The position numbers and the translations under genes were made by a program. A stretch of DNA of 64,000 nucleotides from Mobula hypostoma. Its lineage: Eukaryota. Below are positions 25,387-37,620 of this stretch, one piece after another; within the stretch, counting starts at the first letter, position 1, and each line of letters opens with the position of its first letter. The notes under the pieces were generated by a model. The model saw only the letters and a list, made by a program, of their open reading frames with translations. It was not told the DNA's origin and did not search any database. The stretch covers positions 7,688,001 to 7,752,000 of the forward strand of contig NC_086098.1 in NCBI RefSeq assembly GCF_963921235.1. The letters run 5' to 3'.

Positions 25387-26830
25387 ATATCCTTTGATGA
25401 TTTGAAGCAGGAGCAGTTCAGGTCACAGTCTGGAGGCTAGGATTCATCTACATAATCCCTTCTCCTGTGTTAAGTGCTGCCAGAGGCACAAATGAAATAG
25501 AATCTGTTTTATAAAAAAAAATTGGACTCCTTATTTGTGGAAGCTGTAATGCAGATTTTTTTGGAGCACAGCAATTTAAAAATACTACATTAGATCAAGG
25601 GATCCATTTCAATCATGCAAAAATGAAAGTTACATGGTGTAAGGGCCTTAAACAATCTGGAAGGATTATTCTGTTTGTTCCAATCAGCTCTCCAGATGGT
25701 TGGAAGTGTTGACAACACTTTCAGCTTGTACCCAGCACATCCTTGGATTGTGTTGATGCAAGTAATGCGTTTCACTGTATGTTTTGATATTTCAATGTAC
25801 ATAAGGCTAGAACTAGGAAGATTATACAGTTTAATACGTGGCTAAGGAATTGGTATAGGAAGCAGGGCATAAGATTTTTGGATCATTGGGCTCTCTTCCA
25901 GGGAAGGCAGGACCTGTACAGAAAGGAGAGTTTGCACCGGAACTGCAGGGTGGGGGGGGGGGGGGGCAGGGAGCTAATATCCGAGCAGGAAGGTTTGTTA
26001 ATGTTGCATGTTGGGGTTTAAACTAGAATTGCAGGGGGTTGGGAAACAGAGTGCCATAACAGTTTGTTGAGAGGTGGAGGCAGATGTTGATAAGATGTCA
26101 GACAAAGTCAGGAATCAAAAAGTTGAGCATGGTGTGACAAAATCAAAAAGGGTGAATAGAGGACTGATAGTGTTGTATCTGAATGCATACGGTATACGGA
26201 ATAAGGTAGATGAACTTGCAGTACAGTTGCATATTGGCAGGTATAATGTTGAAGGCATCACTGAATCATGGCTGAAAGATTATAGCTGGGAGATTAATGT
26301 CCAAGGATACACATTGTATCAAAAGGACAGGCAGGAAGGCAGAGGGGGTGTCATTGCTCTGCTGGTAAAACAATGAAATCAAATCATTAGAAAGAGGTGA
26401 CATTGGGTTGGAAGGTGTTGAATCATTGTGGATAGAGCTAAGCAACTGCAAGGTAAAAAGACCCTGATGGGAGTTGTATACAGACCCCCAAACAATAGTA
26501 AGGATGTGGCCTACAAATTACAACGAGAGATAGATAAGGCATACCAAAAGGGCAAGGTTATAATCGCCATGGGGGACTTCAAAATGCAGGTAGACTGGGG
26601 AAATCACCTTTGTGGTGGATTACAGTAGGGGGAGTTTCTGGAGTGCCTACGAGATGGCTTTTTAGAGCAGCTTGTGCTTGAACCCTCCAGGGGATTAGCA
26701 ATTATGGATTGGGTGTTGTGCAATCAACCAGAATTGATTAGAGAGCTTAAGGTGAAAGAACCTTGAGGGCCAAGTGATCATAGTATGATTGAGATTCACA
26801 CTGAAATTAGAGAAGAAGCTAAAGTCGGAT

Positions 26831-27049
26831 AGCTGGCTGGTGGCGTAGTGGCATCAGCGCCGGACTTCGGAAAGCTCGTGAGTTCAAATCTAGCCAGCTC
26901 CCTTGCAAGCTTTCCATCTGTGCTGGGTTGAGTGTCGAGCTAGTAACTCGGCCTCATAAAAATAAGAAGCCTGCTAAAAAACACGCCGTCATTATGGCGT
27001 CCCGATGACTCCACCCAGAGTTAAGGGCTTTCTTCTTTCTTCTTCTTTT
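26831..27049 (+). mobile_element. tRNA-derived SINE
   Basis: A box TGGCGTAGTGG, B box GAGTTCAAATC, TTC-repeat tail; degenerate duplication of host TAAAGTCRGA. Confidence 0.75.
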
Positions 27050-27199
27050 TAAATCAGACATATCAGTGTTACAGTGGAGTAAAGGGAATTACAGAGGCAT
27101 GAGAGAGGTGTTGGCCATTCTGAATTGGTTCCGGAAGACAGGAAAATTGCAAATGTCAATCCGCTCTTGAAGAAGGGAGAGAGGCAGAAAAAAGGAAAC

Positions 27200-27476
27200 T
27201 GTGGCGACCCACTTTCTGGCACCCACGAACCGGCTCACGAAACAGCGCGCGCAGGCAGAGGGCCGGCAGCAAAAAGGGCGCCAGGCCATCTTCACCAGCA
27301 GGGGGAAAATCCCGCGCGGAAAGGGTCTGGGAATATGCATTCCCCACAGTACTCCCGCCCAGGGAGGGCGGGAACGGGAAGGCTTTAAAGCGGGCCGCGA
27401 AGTTTGAATAAACGTCTTTCATCGCAACTCTAACTCCGTGTGGTTATTCTAGCGCTGTGTGTAGCACACCGCTACA
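27200..27476 (+). repeat. Gypsy 5' LTR (277 bp)
   Basis: TGTGGCGA..CGCTACA; contains TTTAAAG and AATAAA. Confidence 0.97.
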
Positions 27477-27478
27477 AT

Positions 27479-27492
27479 TGGTGACCCCGACG
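27479..27492 (+). promoter_or_regulatory. Primer-binding site complementary to tRNA-Trp 3' end
   Basis: TGGTGACCCCGACG, 2 nt after the LTR; matches the known tRNA-Trp PBS TGGTGACCCCGACGTGAT over 14 nt. Confidence 0.9.
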
Positions 27493-27516
27493 GCCCAAAC
27501 GATATTTGGACCAGAG

Positions 27517-30500
27517 ATGACCAACGCTGCATCTGTTCACGCAGTTTCGTTAAAACTGCCAAGCTTCTGGACGCTGCGACTCCATTTATGGTTCGAACAA
27601 GCAGAAGCACAATTCCACATTCGGCAGATAACCTCGGAGTCCACTTGCTACTACTACGTGCTGAGCTCACTCGACCAGGAGACTGCTGCACAAGTTGAGG
27701 AGTTTATACAGTCGCCCCCGGAGGACGGCAAATACACAGCATTCAAAGCCCTGCTCATAAGGACTTTCGGACTCTCACGGCGCGAACGAGCACGCCGCTT
27801 AATGCACCTGGATGGTTTGGGAGACAGGCCGCCGTCAGCATTAATGAACGAGATGCTGGCCCTGGCTGAGGGAACACAAACCCTGCCTCATGTTTGAGCA
27901 GGCGTTCCTAGAGCAACTGCCCGAGGACATATGCCTGCTGCTGTCCGACGCAGATTTCAGCAACCCCCGGGAGGTGGCGGCCCGAGCAGATGTGCTGTGG
28001 AATGCCAGGAAAGAGAGAGGGGCATCCGTCGCACAGATCACCAAGCCGCGTGCCCAACGACAGACCAGACCAGGCCCGGCAGCAGAGCCTACAAAACCCG
28101 GCGATGGGAGTGAAGAGTCTAACGAACAATGGTGTTTCTACCACCAGCAGTGGGGCACGGAGGCCCGCCGCTGCAGACCGCCCTGCAAATTCCCGGGAAA
28201 CGCCAGGGCCCAGCCGCCACTGATGGCTACGGCGGCTGGCCATCAGGACAGCCTCCTGTACGTCTGGGACAAGCAGTCGGGACGCCGCTTTTTGGTCGAC
28301 ACCGGAGCGGAGATCAGCGTCTTACTTCCAACGAGTTACGACACCCGCAACAGAAAACCGGGACCCACCCTGAGGGCCGCTAATGGCAGCACAATACGAA
28401 CCTACGGCACCCGCACGGTGCGGCTACAGTTCAGCTCCAGCCGGTTCACGTGGGACTTCACACTGGCCGCCGTGGCCCAACCACTGCTGGGGGCAGATTT
28501 TCTACGGGCCCACAGCCTGCTGGTCGACTTGCAAGGGAAGTGATTAGTCCACGCCAAGACTTTTCAAACGTTCTCCCTGGGTGAAGCACAGTTGCCAGCC
28601 CCACACCTGGACTCCATCACGCTGTCCGACGATGAATTCACCAGGGTCCTGGCGGATTTCCCATCAGTACTGACACCGCAGTTCACGGCAGCCATGCCCA
28701 GACACGGAGTACAGCACCACATCCCGACCCAGGGACCACCCCTCCACGCCCGTGCTTGAAGGCTTCCACCGGACAAGCTCCGACTGGCGAAGGAGGAGTT
28801 CAAGAAGATGGAGGAATTAGGGATCATACGATGGTCCGACAGCCCATGGGCCTCCCCCCTTCACATGGTGCCCAAGGCAACGGGGGGCTGGAGACCATGC
28901 GGTGACTACCGCAGACTGAACGAGGCTACAACGCCAGACCGCTACCCTGTGCCGCACATTCAAGACTTCGCAGCAAACCTACATGGCGCAAGGATCTATT
29001 CCAAGGTAGACCTCGTCCGGGGATACCATCAAATCCCTGTACATCTGGACAACATCCCCAAAACAGCACTTATCACCCCGTTCGGACTTTTCGAATTCCT
29101 CCGAATGCCGTTTGGTCTAAAGAATGCCGCACAGACTTTCCAGCGGCTGATGGACGTGGTGGGACGCGACCTGGACTTTGCATTCATCTATTTGGACGAC
29201 ATCCTCATAGCCAGCAGTAGTCGGCAGGAGCATCTGTCCCACCTCCGCCAGCTCTACTCCCGCCTGAGTGAATTCGGCCTTACAATCAATCCAGCCAAAT
29301 GCCAGTTCGGACTCGACACCATCAACTTCCTGGGCCACAGGATTACTAAAGACGGGGCAACCCCGCTGCCCGCCAAGGTAGACGCGGTCCGCCACTTTCC
29401 CCGACCCAACACAATCAAAGGCTTGCAGGAATTCGTGGGTATGGTGAATTTCTACCACCGTTTCCTCCCCTCAGCAGCCCAAAACATGCGCCCCCTGTTC
29501 ACGCTGATGTCGGGTAAGGGCAAGGACATTAACTGGAACGAAGAGGCCGCAACCGCTTTCGTTAAAACCAAAGAAGCCTTGGCAAACGCCGCGATGCTAG
29601 TGCACCCCAGAACGGACGTTCCTACTGCCCTCACGGTGACCGCATCCAACACAGCAGTCGGTGGAGTGCTGGAACAACTCATCGAGGGTCACTGGCAACC
29701 CCTGGCGTTCTTCAGCAAACATCTACGACCACCTGAACTCAAATACAGTGCTTTCGACCGGGAGCTATTGGCACTATACCTGGCAATCCGGCATTTCAGG
29801 TACTTCTTAGAAGGTAGGCCCTTCACCGCGTTCACAGACCACAAACCGCTTACCTTTGCGTTCACTAAGGTGTCCGACCCCTGGTTGTCCCGCCAGCAGC
29901 GACATCTGTCCTACATCTCCGAGTACACGACGGACATCCGGCATGTCTCTGGAAAGAACAATGTCGTGGCAGACGCACTTTCCAGACGTACCATACAGGC
30001 CCTGTCCCAGGGGGTGGACTACGCAGCGCTGGCAGAGGCACAGCAGGCAGACGCTGAGATCCCCAGTTACAGGACTGCAGTCTCCGGTTTGCAGCTCCAA
30101 GATCTCCCCGTAGGCCCAGGTGAGAGGACCCTACTATGTGACGTAGCTACCGGCCAACCCCACCCCGTCGTCCCAGCAGCCTGGCGCCGGCAGGTGTTCG
30201 AATCCATTCACAACTTAGCGCACCCCTCCATCAGGACAACCGTCCGGCTGGTCTCCAACAGGTTCGTGTGGCATGGACTTCGTAAACAGGTCAGTGAATG
30301 GGCCAAAACGTGTATGCAGTGCCAAATGGCCAAGGTGCAGCGGCACACCAAGGCTCCGCCGCAGCGGTTCGAACCCACCCGCCGGAGGTTCGACCACATC
30401 CATGTGGATATCGTGGGGCTCCTGCCAGTGTCACGAGGAGCACGGTACCTCCTAACTATGATAGACCGGTTCACCAGATGGGCAGAGGCAGTCCCGCTCA

Positions 30501-31278
30501 GCGACACCACCTCCGAATCCTGCGCCCGAGCACTGATCGCAACCTGGGTAGCACGCTTTGGGGTACCGGCCCACATTACCTCCGACAGGGGCGCCCAGTT
30601 CACCTCCAGCCTGTGGTCGGCTATGGCCAGACTTTTAGGAACACAGCTACACCACACAACTGCCTACCACCCACAGTCGAACGGACTAGTGGAGCGCTTC
30701 CACCGTCACCTGAAATCGGCTCTCATGGCCCGCCTGGAGGGGCCTAACTGGGTGGACGAACTTCCCTGGGTCCTGCTCGGAATCCGCACGGCGCCCAAAG
30801 AGGATCGTCGGCCGAGTTGGTGTACGGCGCGCCCCTGGTCGTCCCAGGAGAGTTCATACCAGCCCCAAGGGGGCAAGAGGAAGAACCCGCAGCAGTCCTG
30901 GACAGACTACGCGAGAGGCTCAGTAACCTGGCCCCCATCCCCACTTCACAGCACAGACAGAGCCCGACCTGCGTACCCAAAGACCTGCAGAACTGTAAGT
31001 TTCTTTTTGTACGACGGGGCGGACACCGGGCACCGCTACAGCGGCCCTACGAGGGGCCGTTTAAGGTGATCAGGAACAACGGGTCCACGTTCATGCTGGA
31101 CATTGGGGGGAGAGAGGAGGTTTTCACGGTGGACCGACTCAAACCGGCCCATGTGGACTTGGCGCAACCGGTCCAGGCTCAGGCACCGTGGCGCAGGGGC
31201 AGACCTCCCAAACAGAGGCCGATCCAGACTGTGGACATTGGGGGAGGTATCGCCGGTTCTGGGGGGGGGTTTATGTAG
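27517..31278 (+). pseudogene. Gypsy gag-pol, disrupted
   Basis: Gag LKLPSFW..WFEQAEAQF and WCFYHQQWG..CRPPC; protease FLVDTGA; RT YLDD; integrase HHCC plus HVD/TSD/VERFH; GPF motif; TGA stops at 28541 and 28757; frameshifts near 27873 and 30805. Confidence 0.95.
31261..31273 (+). promoter_or_regulatory. Polypurine tract of Gypsy
   Basis: G9 run just upstream of the 3' LTR. Confidence 0.85.
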
Positions 31279-31558
31279 CGACCCACTTTCTGGCACCCAC
31301 GAACCGGCTCACGAAACAGCGCGCGCAGGCAGAGGGCCGGCAGCAAAAAGGGCGCCAGGCCATCTTCACCAGCAGGGGGAAAATCCCGCGCGGAAAGGGT
31401 CTGGGAATATGCATTCCCCACAGTAGTCCCGCCCAGGGAGGGCGGGAACGGGAAGGCTTTAAAGCGGGCCGCGAAGTTTGAATAAACCTCTTTCATCGCA
31501 ACTCTAACTCACCGACTCCGTGTGGTTATTCTAGCGCTGTGTGTAGCACATCGCTACA
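31274..31558 (+). repeat. Gypsy 3' LTR (285 bp)
   Basis: TGTAGCGA..TCGCTACA with perfect 8-bp terminal inverted repeat; 4 substitutions and one 8-bp indel relative to the 5' LTR. Confidence 0.97.
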
Positions 31559-31593
31559 AAACTATAGGCCAGTTGGTCTGACCTCAATGGTTG

Positions 31594-31997
31594 GGCACAG
31601 GTTTAAGGTGCTTGGAAGTAGGTACAGAGGAGGTGTCAGGGGTAAGTATTTTATGCAGAGAGTGGTGAGTGCATGGAATGGGCTGCCTGCGACGGTGGTG
31701 GGGGCGATACAAAAGGGTCTTTTAAGAGACTCCTGGACAGGTACATGGTGCTCAAAAAAATAGAGGGCTGTGGCTTCCCCTAGTTAATTTCTAAAGTAAG
31801 AACATGTTCGGCACAGCTTTGTGGGCTGAAGGGCCTGTATTGTGCTGTAGGTTTTCTTTGTTTCTATGTTTCTATGAGTAGAAAGAACACAGGCAGGAGA
31901 CTGAGGTTGAGAGGTAAAACGGAACAGCCATGATGAAATGGCGCAGCAGATTCAATGGGCCCAATAGCCCAATTTTGCTCCTGTATCTTATGGCCTT
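31594..31997 (+). mobile_element. Two consecutive CR1 3' ends (family E, then B)
   Basis: HRFKVLGSRYRG..QRVVSAWN; tails TTTCTATG and CTTATGG. Confidence 0.8.
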
Positions 31998-33264
31998 ATA
32001 CGGGTTAGTTTAATTAGTCACATGGGTGTAATTAGGCAGTGCAGGCTCATTGGGCCGGGAGAGCTGTTTCCTTGCTGTATGTCTCTAAATTTGAAATTTA
32101 GAAAAAGGCTGGCATTAACCATATCAAGAGCAGGATCCCTACCAGCCAATCCACAATCCCTTTGATCCATTGCTATCAGAGAGGAGGTACAGGAGCATTA
32201 TGACCAGGACTACCAGAATGGATAACAGCCTTCTCCTTCAGGTTGTGAGACTAATAAACACCCAACATGTTATATGTGTTTCTGCTTTCACCTTTTTGAA
32301 ATTGCTATTTTACACTATTTTGAGTTGGACACCTCGACGCAGACTCGCTCTGAGGCCTACAGTCAATAAATACCTCAGCACTAAACTGAACTGAACTAAA
32401 CTACACTGAATATTCTTAGACTGTCTCAAGGACTTTGCAGTTTGATGTTTAATATTCTGTGTGTTGTTGGCTTGCTTTTTGCTGTTTGCACAATTTGCTC
32501 TTTTTTAGCGTTAGGTTTTCTGACATTTTCTTTGGATGGGTTAAATGGTGTCTCTTGTTTTATGGCTGCCTGTGGGAAGATGAAACTCAGGGCTGTATAT
32601 TGCATACATTCTTTGACATTAAAATACTTGAATTTGAACTAGGACAACGAGCTCTTTACTGTTTACCTATGCAGCATACTTCACGGGTATTTTGAATTAT
32701 GTTCTACTTGTTTACTTGAGGTAATATTTTGTAGTGTGTGATGTGTGTTTTGTGGGTCTGGAGGATCATACTTTCATTTAGTTATAAATATGTCATCTGA
32801 TGACAATAAACTTGAACTTGTAAAGAAATTATTATCTGTGTTATTGATTGGTGAATCAAATTTCGCCATGGAATTCATGGAAGTATTATGACTGTTTCAC
32901 ATTAGAGAAAGGGTTCATCTTAAAATAAATTGCAAACTGACTGTGAAATGACAAATCCGTACTTTAAAAAGGCATCAAGCTTGTCAATCAAACTTCAGAT
33001 ATCATACCTGACACACTTCAATTGTTCAAATGATAAAAACACAATGAAAACATAATTTATTCCTCCTGTCGTGTGTGACCTGGAGCTACAAATCTGCAAA
33101 CACTTACTTCCCTCACAACCAAGGAATTAATCTCTAACCTACCGAACGTCAGAATGATCCTTTTACACAGGCTGGATTTTCTGGTTTGCATTTTGCGTCA
33201 GAGTAACACATTGTGCATTAACTTTTGAAAGGCTCATTGATTTGAACTTTATGAATATAGTTCA

Positions 33265-33860
33265 TGTTCAAGTTCAAAGTTTAAAGTAAATTTATTATCA
33301 AAATACACGTGCTAACTTGAGATTCATTTTCTTGCAGGAATTCATAGTAGGAGAAAGAAATACAATAAAATCAATGAAAGCTACACACAAAGATTGACAG
33401 ACATTGTACAAAAAAAGATCAAAGGTGCAAACAATAAATAAACTAACAAACAACTAAATAGATGGGTAGATAAAGAGATGAATATATAGATATATAAATA
33501 CTGAGAACACAAGTTGAAGAGACTTTGAAAGTGAGTCTGACAGTTGTGGGATCAGTTTTGATGTGAGGTGTGTGAAGTTATCTACTCTGGTTCAGGGGCC
33601 TGATGGTTGAGGGGTAATAAGTGTTCCTGAACCTGATGTGTGTGACCTATGGCTGCTGTATCTCAGTCCCAATGGCAGCAGTGAGAAGAAAGCGTGGCTT
33701 GTCTGGTGGTGGTCTTTAAGGGTAGATGCTGCTTTCTTGTGGCAGCGTTCCTTGTTCACGAGCTCAGTGGTTGGGAAGGCATTGCCTGTGATGGACTGGG
33801 CTGTGTCCACCACTTTTTTCAGGGTTTTCTATTCCTCAGCAATGATGTTTCTATCCCAGG
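33265..33860 (-). mobile_element. Rex/L2-group LINE 3' end
   Basis: VVDTAQSITG..RCHKKAASTLKDHHQTSHAFFSLLPLGLRY; GTTCAA-repeat tail. Confidence 0.75.
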
Positions 33861-34207
33861 CCCATGGGATGCTTGGAGAATAGAAAAGATGTTATGCTGA
33901 AGGAAATTAGGTATCATTATCTGACAGTTCCGGTGGCTCCAGTAGATTAATGCTAGACTTTCTGTTTAGATGCGACAGTTCTGTGGTTGCTATTTCTGAA
34001 GAGAACTCTGTACAGTGTACGTCATCATATCACCAGACATGTTACAAGTGAAGTTACAGATTTACCAGCCCTGAGTGCAGCATGGGAAAAGAGAATGAAA
34101 CATCTTTCTGCCTTAAACAGGAGAGCACAAAGCAAAGGGCTGTAGAATCCCTTATTGTGGTTCACAGGAAACGAGGAAAATAGAAGAAACCAAGGTCTGA
34201 TATCAGA

Positions 34208-34638
34208 CCATCACAGTCCAATATACAAAATGAAATCATCACAGTCCGATTTGGAAAATGAAACCATCATGGTCGGATGTGGAAAATGGAACCATCACAG
34301 TCTGAGATGGAAAATGAAAGAATCATGGTCCGATATGGAAAATGAAAACATCACTGTCCGATATGGAAAATGAAACCATCACTGTCCGATATGGAAAAAG
34401 AAAGCATCATGGTTGGATATGGAAAACGAAACCATCACAGTCTGATATGGAAAATGAAACCATCACAGTTTGATATGGAAAATGAAACCATCACTGTCCG
34501 ATATGGAAAATGAAACCATCACAGTCCAATATGGAATATGGAACCATCAGGGTCCAATAAAAAAATGAAACCATCACGGACTAATATGGAAAGTGAAACC
34601 ATCACAGTCCGATGTGCAAAATTGAACCATCACAGTCT
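34208..34638. repeat. 28-bp minisatellite, 15 copies plus a partial
   Basis: Consensus CCATCACAGTCCGATATGGAAAATGAAA. Confidence 0.95.
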
Positions 34639-35733
34639 TGTGATGATATCATGTGTCACGTGTAATAACATGATTGAATAGAGTTTGGAGCATGCACAGA
34701 AATGAGTGAAAGATCTAGAAACATCGAGAAGCAATGCGCTGTAAGACTCGTGTGGTTTTGTTGCTATTGTAAATAAAAGTTCTATTCTTCCAGAATATAT
34801 TTCATTAGTAGAAACCCACGGTACGTATAAAGAATACAACATGGTGTCAGAAGTCGGTCTGGAAGAATAATATGGGAGAAGCGAAGATAATCGGGGAAAA
34901 AAAGAGCGCAAATTGTTTTGGTGTGGTAACAGTTTAAAAACTTGATGTTTTGCAACCCCCCATCGATGCTTCAGCTGACCGGAAACGTAGCTGAAAACTG
35001 GAAACGATTTAAACAGCACTTTGAAATTTATTTATCGGCGATCGAAGCAGATGAAAAATCGGAAGAAACGAAAGCTGCAATTCTACTCCACGTAATGGGT
35101 GATGACGCAATTGAGGTACATAACCATTTTACTTTTGAAAATGGAGATAATTTGAATCTAAAAGCGATAATGGATAAATTTGACGCATTTTGTATGCCGA
35201 AGCGCAATGTGACATATGAGCAATATAAATTTTTCACTTCTAAGCAGAAAGTGGGTCAATCAATTTGTCACGGAGTTGAGAAACCACAGTAAAACATGTG
35301 AGTTTGCAGAACTGACAGACTCTCGCATTAAGGACAGAATCGTTTGTGGCATTCGGGATAATGGTCTGAGAGATAGACTGTTAAGAGAACAAGACGAAAA
35401 TTTGGAAAAAGCTTTGATTCTCTGCCAAGCTTCGGAAACCATGACCTCGCAGGCTAAAGAGCTTTTCATTCAGAACTGCAACGTAGACGCTGTAAAGCGC
35501 AAACATATTAGAAAAAATAATGAAGCGACAACAAAACTGACAGAGAGCAAGACATCATCTGAAAGATAAAAATTATGTGATCGCTGTGGGTGGCAGCACC
35601 GACCAAAAATGTGTCCAACGTATCAGAAAATGTGCAACGACTGCGCTAAGAGTGATCATTTTTCACACAATTGCAGAAATAGAAAGAAAATAAAACGAGT
35701 AAATGCAGTGCTTGAAAATGAATGTGAGGAGTT
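34639..35733 (+). mobile_element. Truncated Mag-like Gypsy element: 5' LTR (34639-34841), PBS, gag
   Basis: TGT..ACA 203-bp LTR with AATAAA; gag NWKRFKQHFEIYL, CEF..IKDRIVCGIRD..LRDRLLRE; two Cys/His knuckles (CDRCGWQH..C, CNDCAKSDHFSHNC); no pol. Confidence 0.88.
34842..34854 (+). promoter_or_regulatory. Primer-binding site complementary to tRNA-Leu 3' end
   Basis: TGGTGTCAGAAGT directly after the terminal CA of the LTR. Confidence 0.85.
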
Positions 35734-36002
35734 TGAAGTTTTGAAACTTTTCAAAAATGTTTTGAAAACAACCGAGAGGATAGTAAAGAAGGCAGATCTG
35801 TGCAATTATACTTCAGGAATAATTTGTCTGATCTGTGTCTTAGATAATGACACAAACCAATAAATGGACTTGACGATCAAGCCTATGATGGGTGCCCATT
35901 CAGATGGTGATGTGATCATTCGAGTCGAGTCTGATGTTCTCCTAAACAGTTGTCTGTCGGTAGGTCCGCAGGTGGCAGAAAAGGCCAATCCAGGATGCAC
36001 AT

Positions 36003-36365
36003 ATTCAAGATGTTTAATGTCATTTCCAGTACACAAGTGTAAAGAAGAACAAAATAATTGTTACTCTGGATCCACTGCAGGACAAAAAAAAAACAAAATA
36101 AGATACAATATTGAAGATATACAGTAAGATACAATATACAAAAAACTATAATATTGAAGAAACACAATAAATATAAATACGTAAGATAGCTTATATAGAG
36201 TACATAGATTAATTGTATGCCCATAAAGTGACACTAGGCACAGGAGAGTCTGTACGTATCCTGCTGACGGGAAATGACAAAGGGTGTGAAGGGGTGGGTT
36301 AATGTGTGAAGGTGTTGACCAGATTTATTGTTTGGGGAACTTTATTTTTTTGAGTCTGGTGGACA
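36003..36365 (-). mobile_element. LINE 3' UTR/tail relic (Rex/L2-like)
   Basis: ATTCAAGATGTTTAATGTCAT tail and GAGTCTGGTGG junction, similar to the other Rex-type 3' ends. Confidence 0.5.
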
Positions 36366-37059
36366 CTGTGGACAAAAGTAGTGACTGTGGTTAGCAGCTG
36401 GGTCTTTCGGTTTTCGGTCTCTCCTATTGCAGCTGCTGCCTGTTCTCTGTGGCACAACACAGGTCGATCTCAATGTAGTGCAGCTCCCTCTTGAACAGAT
36501 TTCCTCAGGGAATATTCACTGAGTGCAAAGTCTTCCCAGTTTTTAGATGTAATGTTTGAATTTCTTCAGGCTGATTTCAACGTCCAGTCAGTTATAACGT
36601 GTTTGTGCCACTGCAGGAGACAAATTTTAGCCCTGAATCTCCCCAGCGGACAGAGGAATCATGTTAATATGTGTGAACAGCATAAAGCAGGTTGGAGTTC
36701 CAATTCCCTCTGTTCGTAATTAAAAGTTCCATTACCAGCAGGTTCCAGAATACTTTGAAGTTTAATAAATGTTTTTCTTGACAGCAGATTTCAAAGAGAG
36801 CAAGCTCAGATTCTAAAATTAGAAACTTCTCTGTGAGAATTCAATCAAGATTATCTGAAGTCAAAACAATTTAATAGGAAGTCTTTCTTAACTGATCAGG
36901 TAGCTCTGTATGTGTGAAACCACAAATGTAACGTCACAAGTTGAGAAAGGAGAGCACTGACAGGCAGGGAGCAATAGTCCTGTCAATATCCATCTTTGGA
37001 ATTTATTATTAAGAAGGTGAAAGGAAAATATTTGGTAGATCATTAGGCAAGTTCATAAG

Positions 37060-37620
37060 GTGATTAAGACAGTGTTCAGTATGCTGTGCTTCATTAGTCG
37101 GGGGAAAGAGTTCAAGAGCAGCGAGATAATGTTGCTGCTCTATAAAACCCTAATTAAACCACATTTGGAGCATTGTGTTCAGCTCATTAAAGGACGGATG
37201 TTGAAGTTTTAGAGAGGGTACAGAGGAGTTCTACCACAATGCTGTCTGGATTAGAGAGCATGTCTTGTCAGGATAAGTTGAGCAAGCTTGGGTTTTTTCC
37301 TTTGGAGTGAAGGAGGATGAGAGATAACTTGATAGAGATGTACAAGGTGATAAGAGGCATCGATCAAGTGGACAGCCAGAGACTTTTTACCGAGACAGAA
37401 ATGGCTAATATGGGGAGGAGGCATTATTTTGTGGTTCTAGGAGGAATGTATGGGGAATGTCTCAAAGGTAGTTTTTGAATGCAGTAAGTGGTGGGAGCAT
37501 GGGAATACCCTACCAGGGGTGGTGGTAGATGCAGCCACTTTAGGGACATTTAAGAAACTCTTAGATAGGCACATGGATGGTAGAAATATGGACAACTATG
37601 TACGAGGTGAAGTGGTTCGG
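37060..37620 (+). mobile_element. Degenerate CR1 3' fragment
   Basis: LYKTLIKPHLEHCVQ; GTFKKLLDRHMD. Confidence 0.8.

Larger units (their letters stand above)
27200..31558 (+). mobile_element. Full-length Gypsy (Ty3) LTR retrotransposon
   Basis: Two TG..CA LTRs, TSD AAAC (27196-27199 and 31559-31562), PBS, PPT, gag-PR-RT-RH-IN order. Confidence 0.98.
25805..31593 (+). mobile_element. Degenerate, internally deleted CR1 hosting a SINE and the Gypsy element
   Basis: LYLNAYGIRNKVDEL, GITESWL, MGDF; KKGN|YRPVGLTSMVG is rejoined across the Gypsy. Confidence 0.85.

Noticed and set aside
27200..31558. Endogenous retrovirus (tRNA-Trp PBS as in avian leukosis virus)
   Set aside because: No env, only 4.4 kb, and Ty3/Gypsy-type RT (YLDD) and integrase with a 4-bp TSD
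33100..33185. Minus-strand exon ending at GTAAGTG
   Set aside because: No convincing acceptor tract and no recognisable peptide
34208..34638. CRISPR-like array
   Set aside because: Units are contiguous with no unique spacers, there are no cas genes, and the context is eukaryotic; it is a minisatellite
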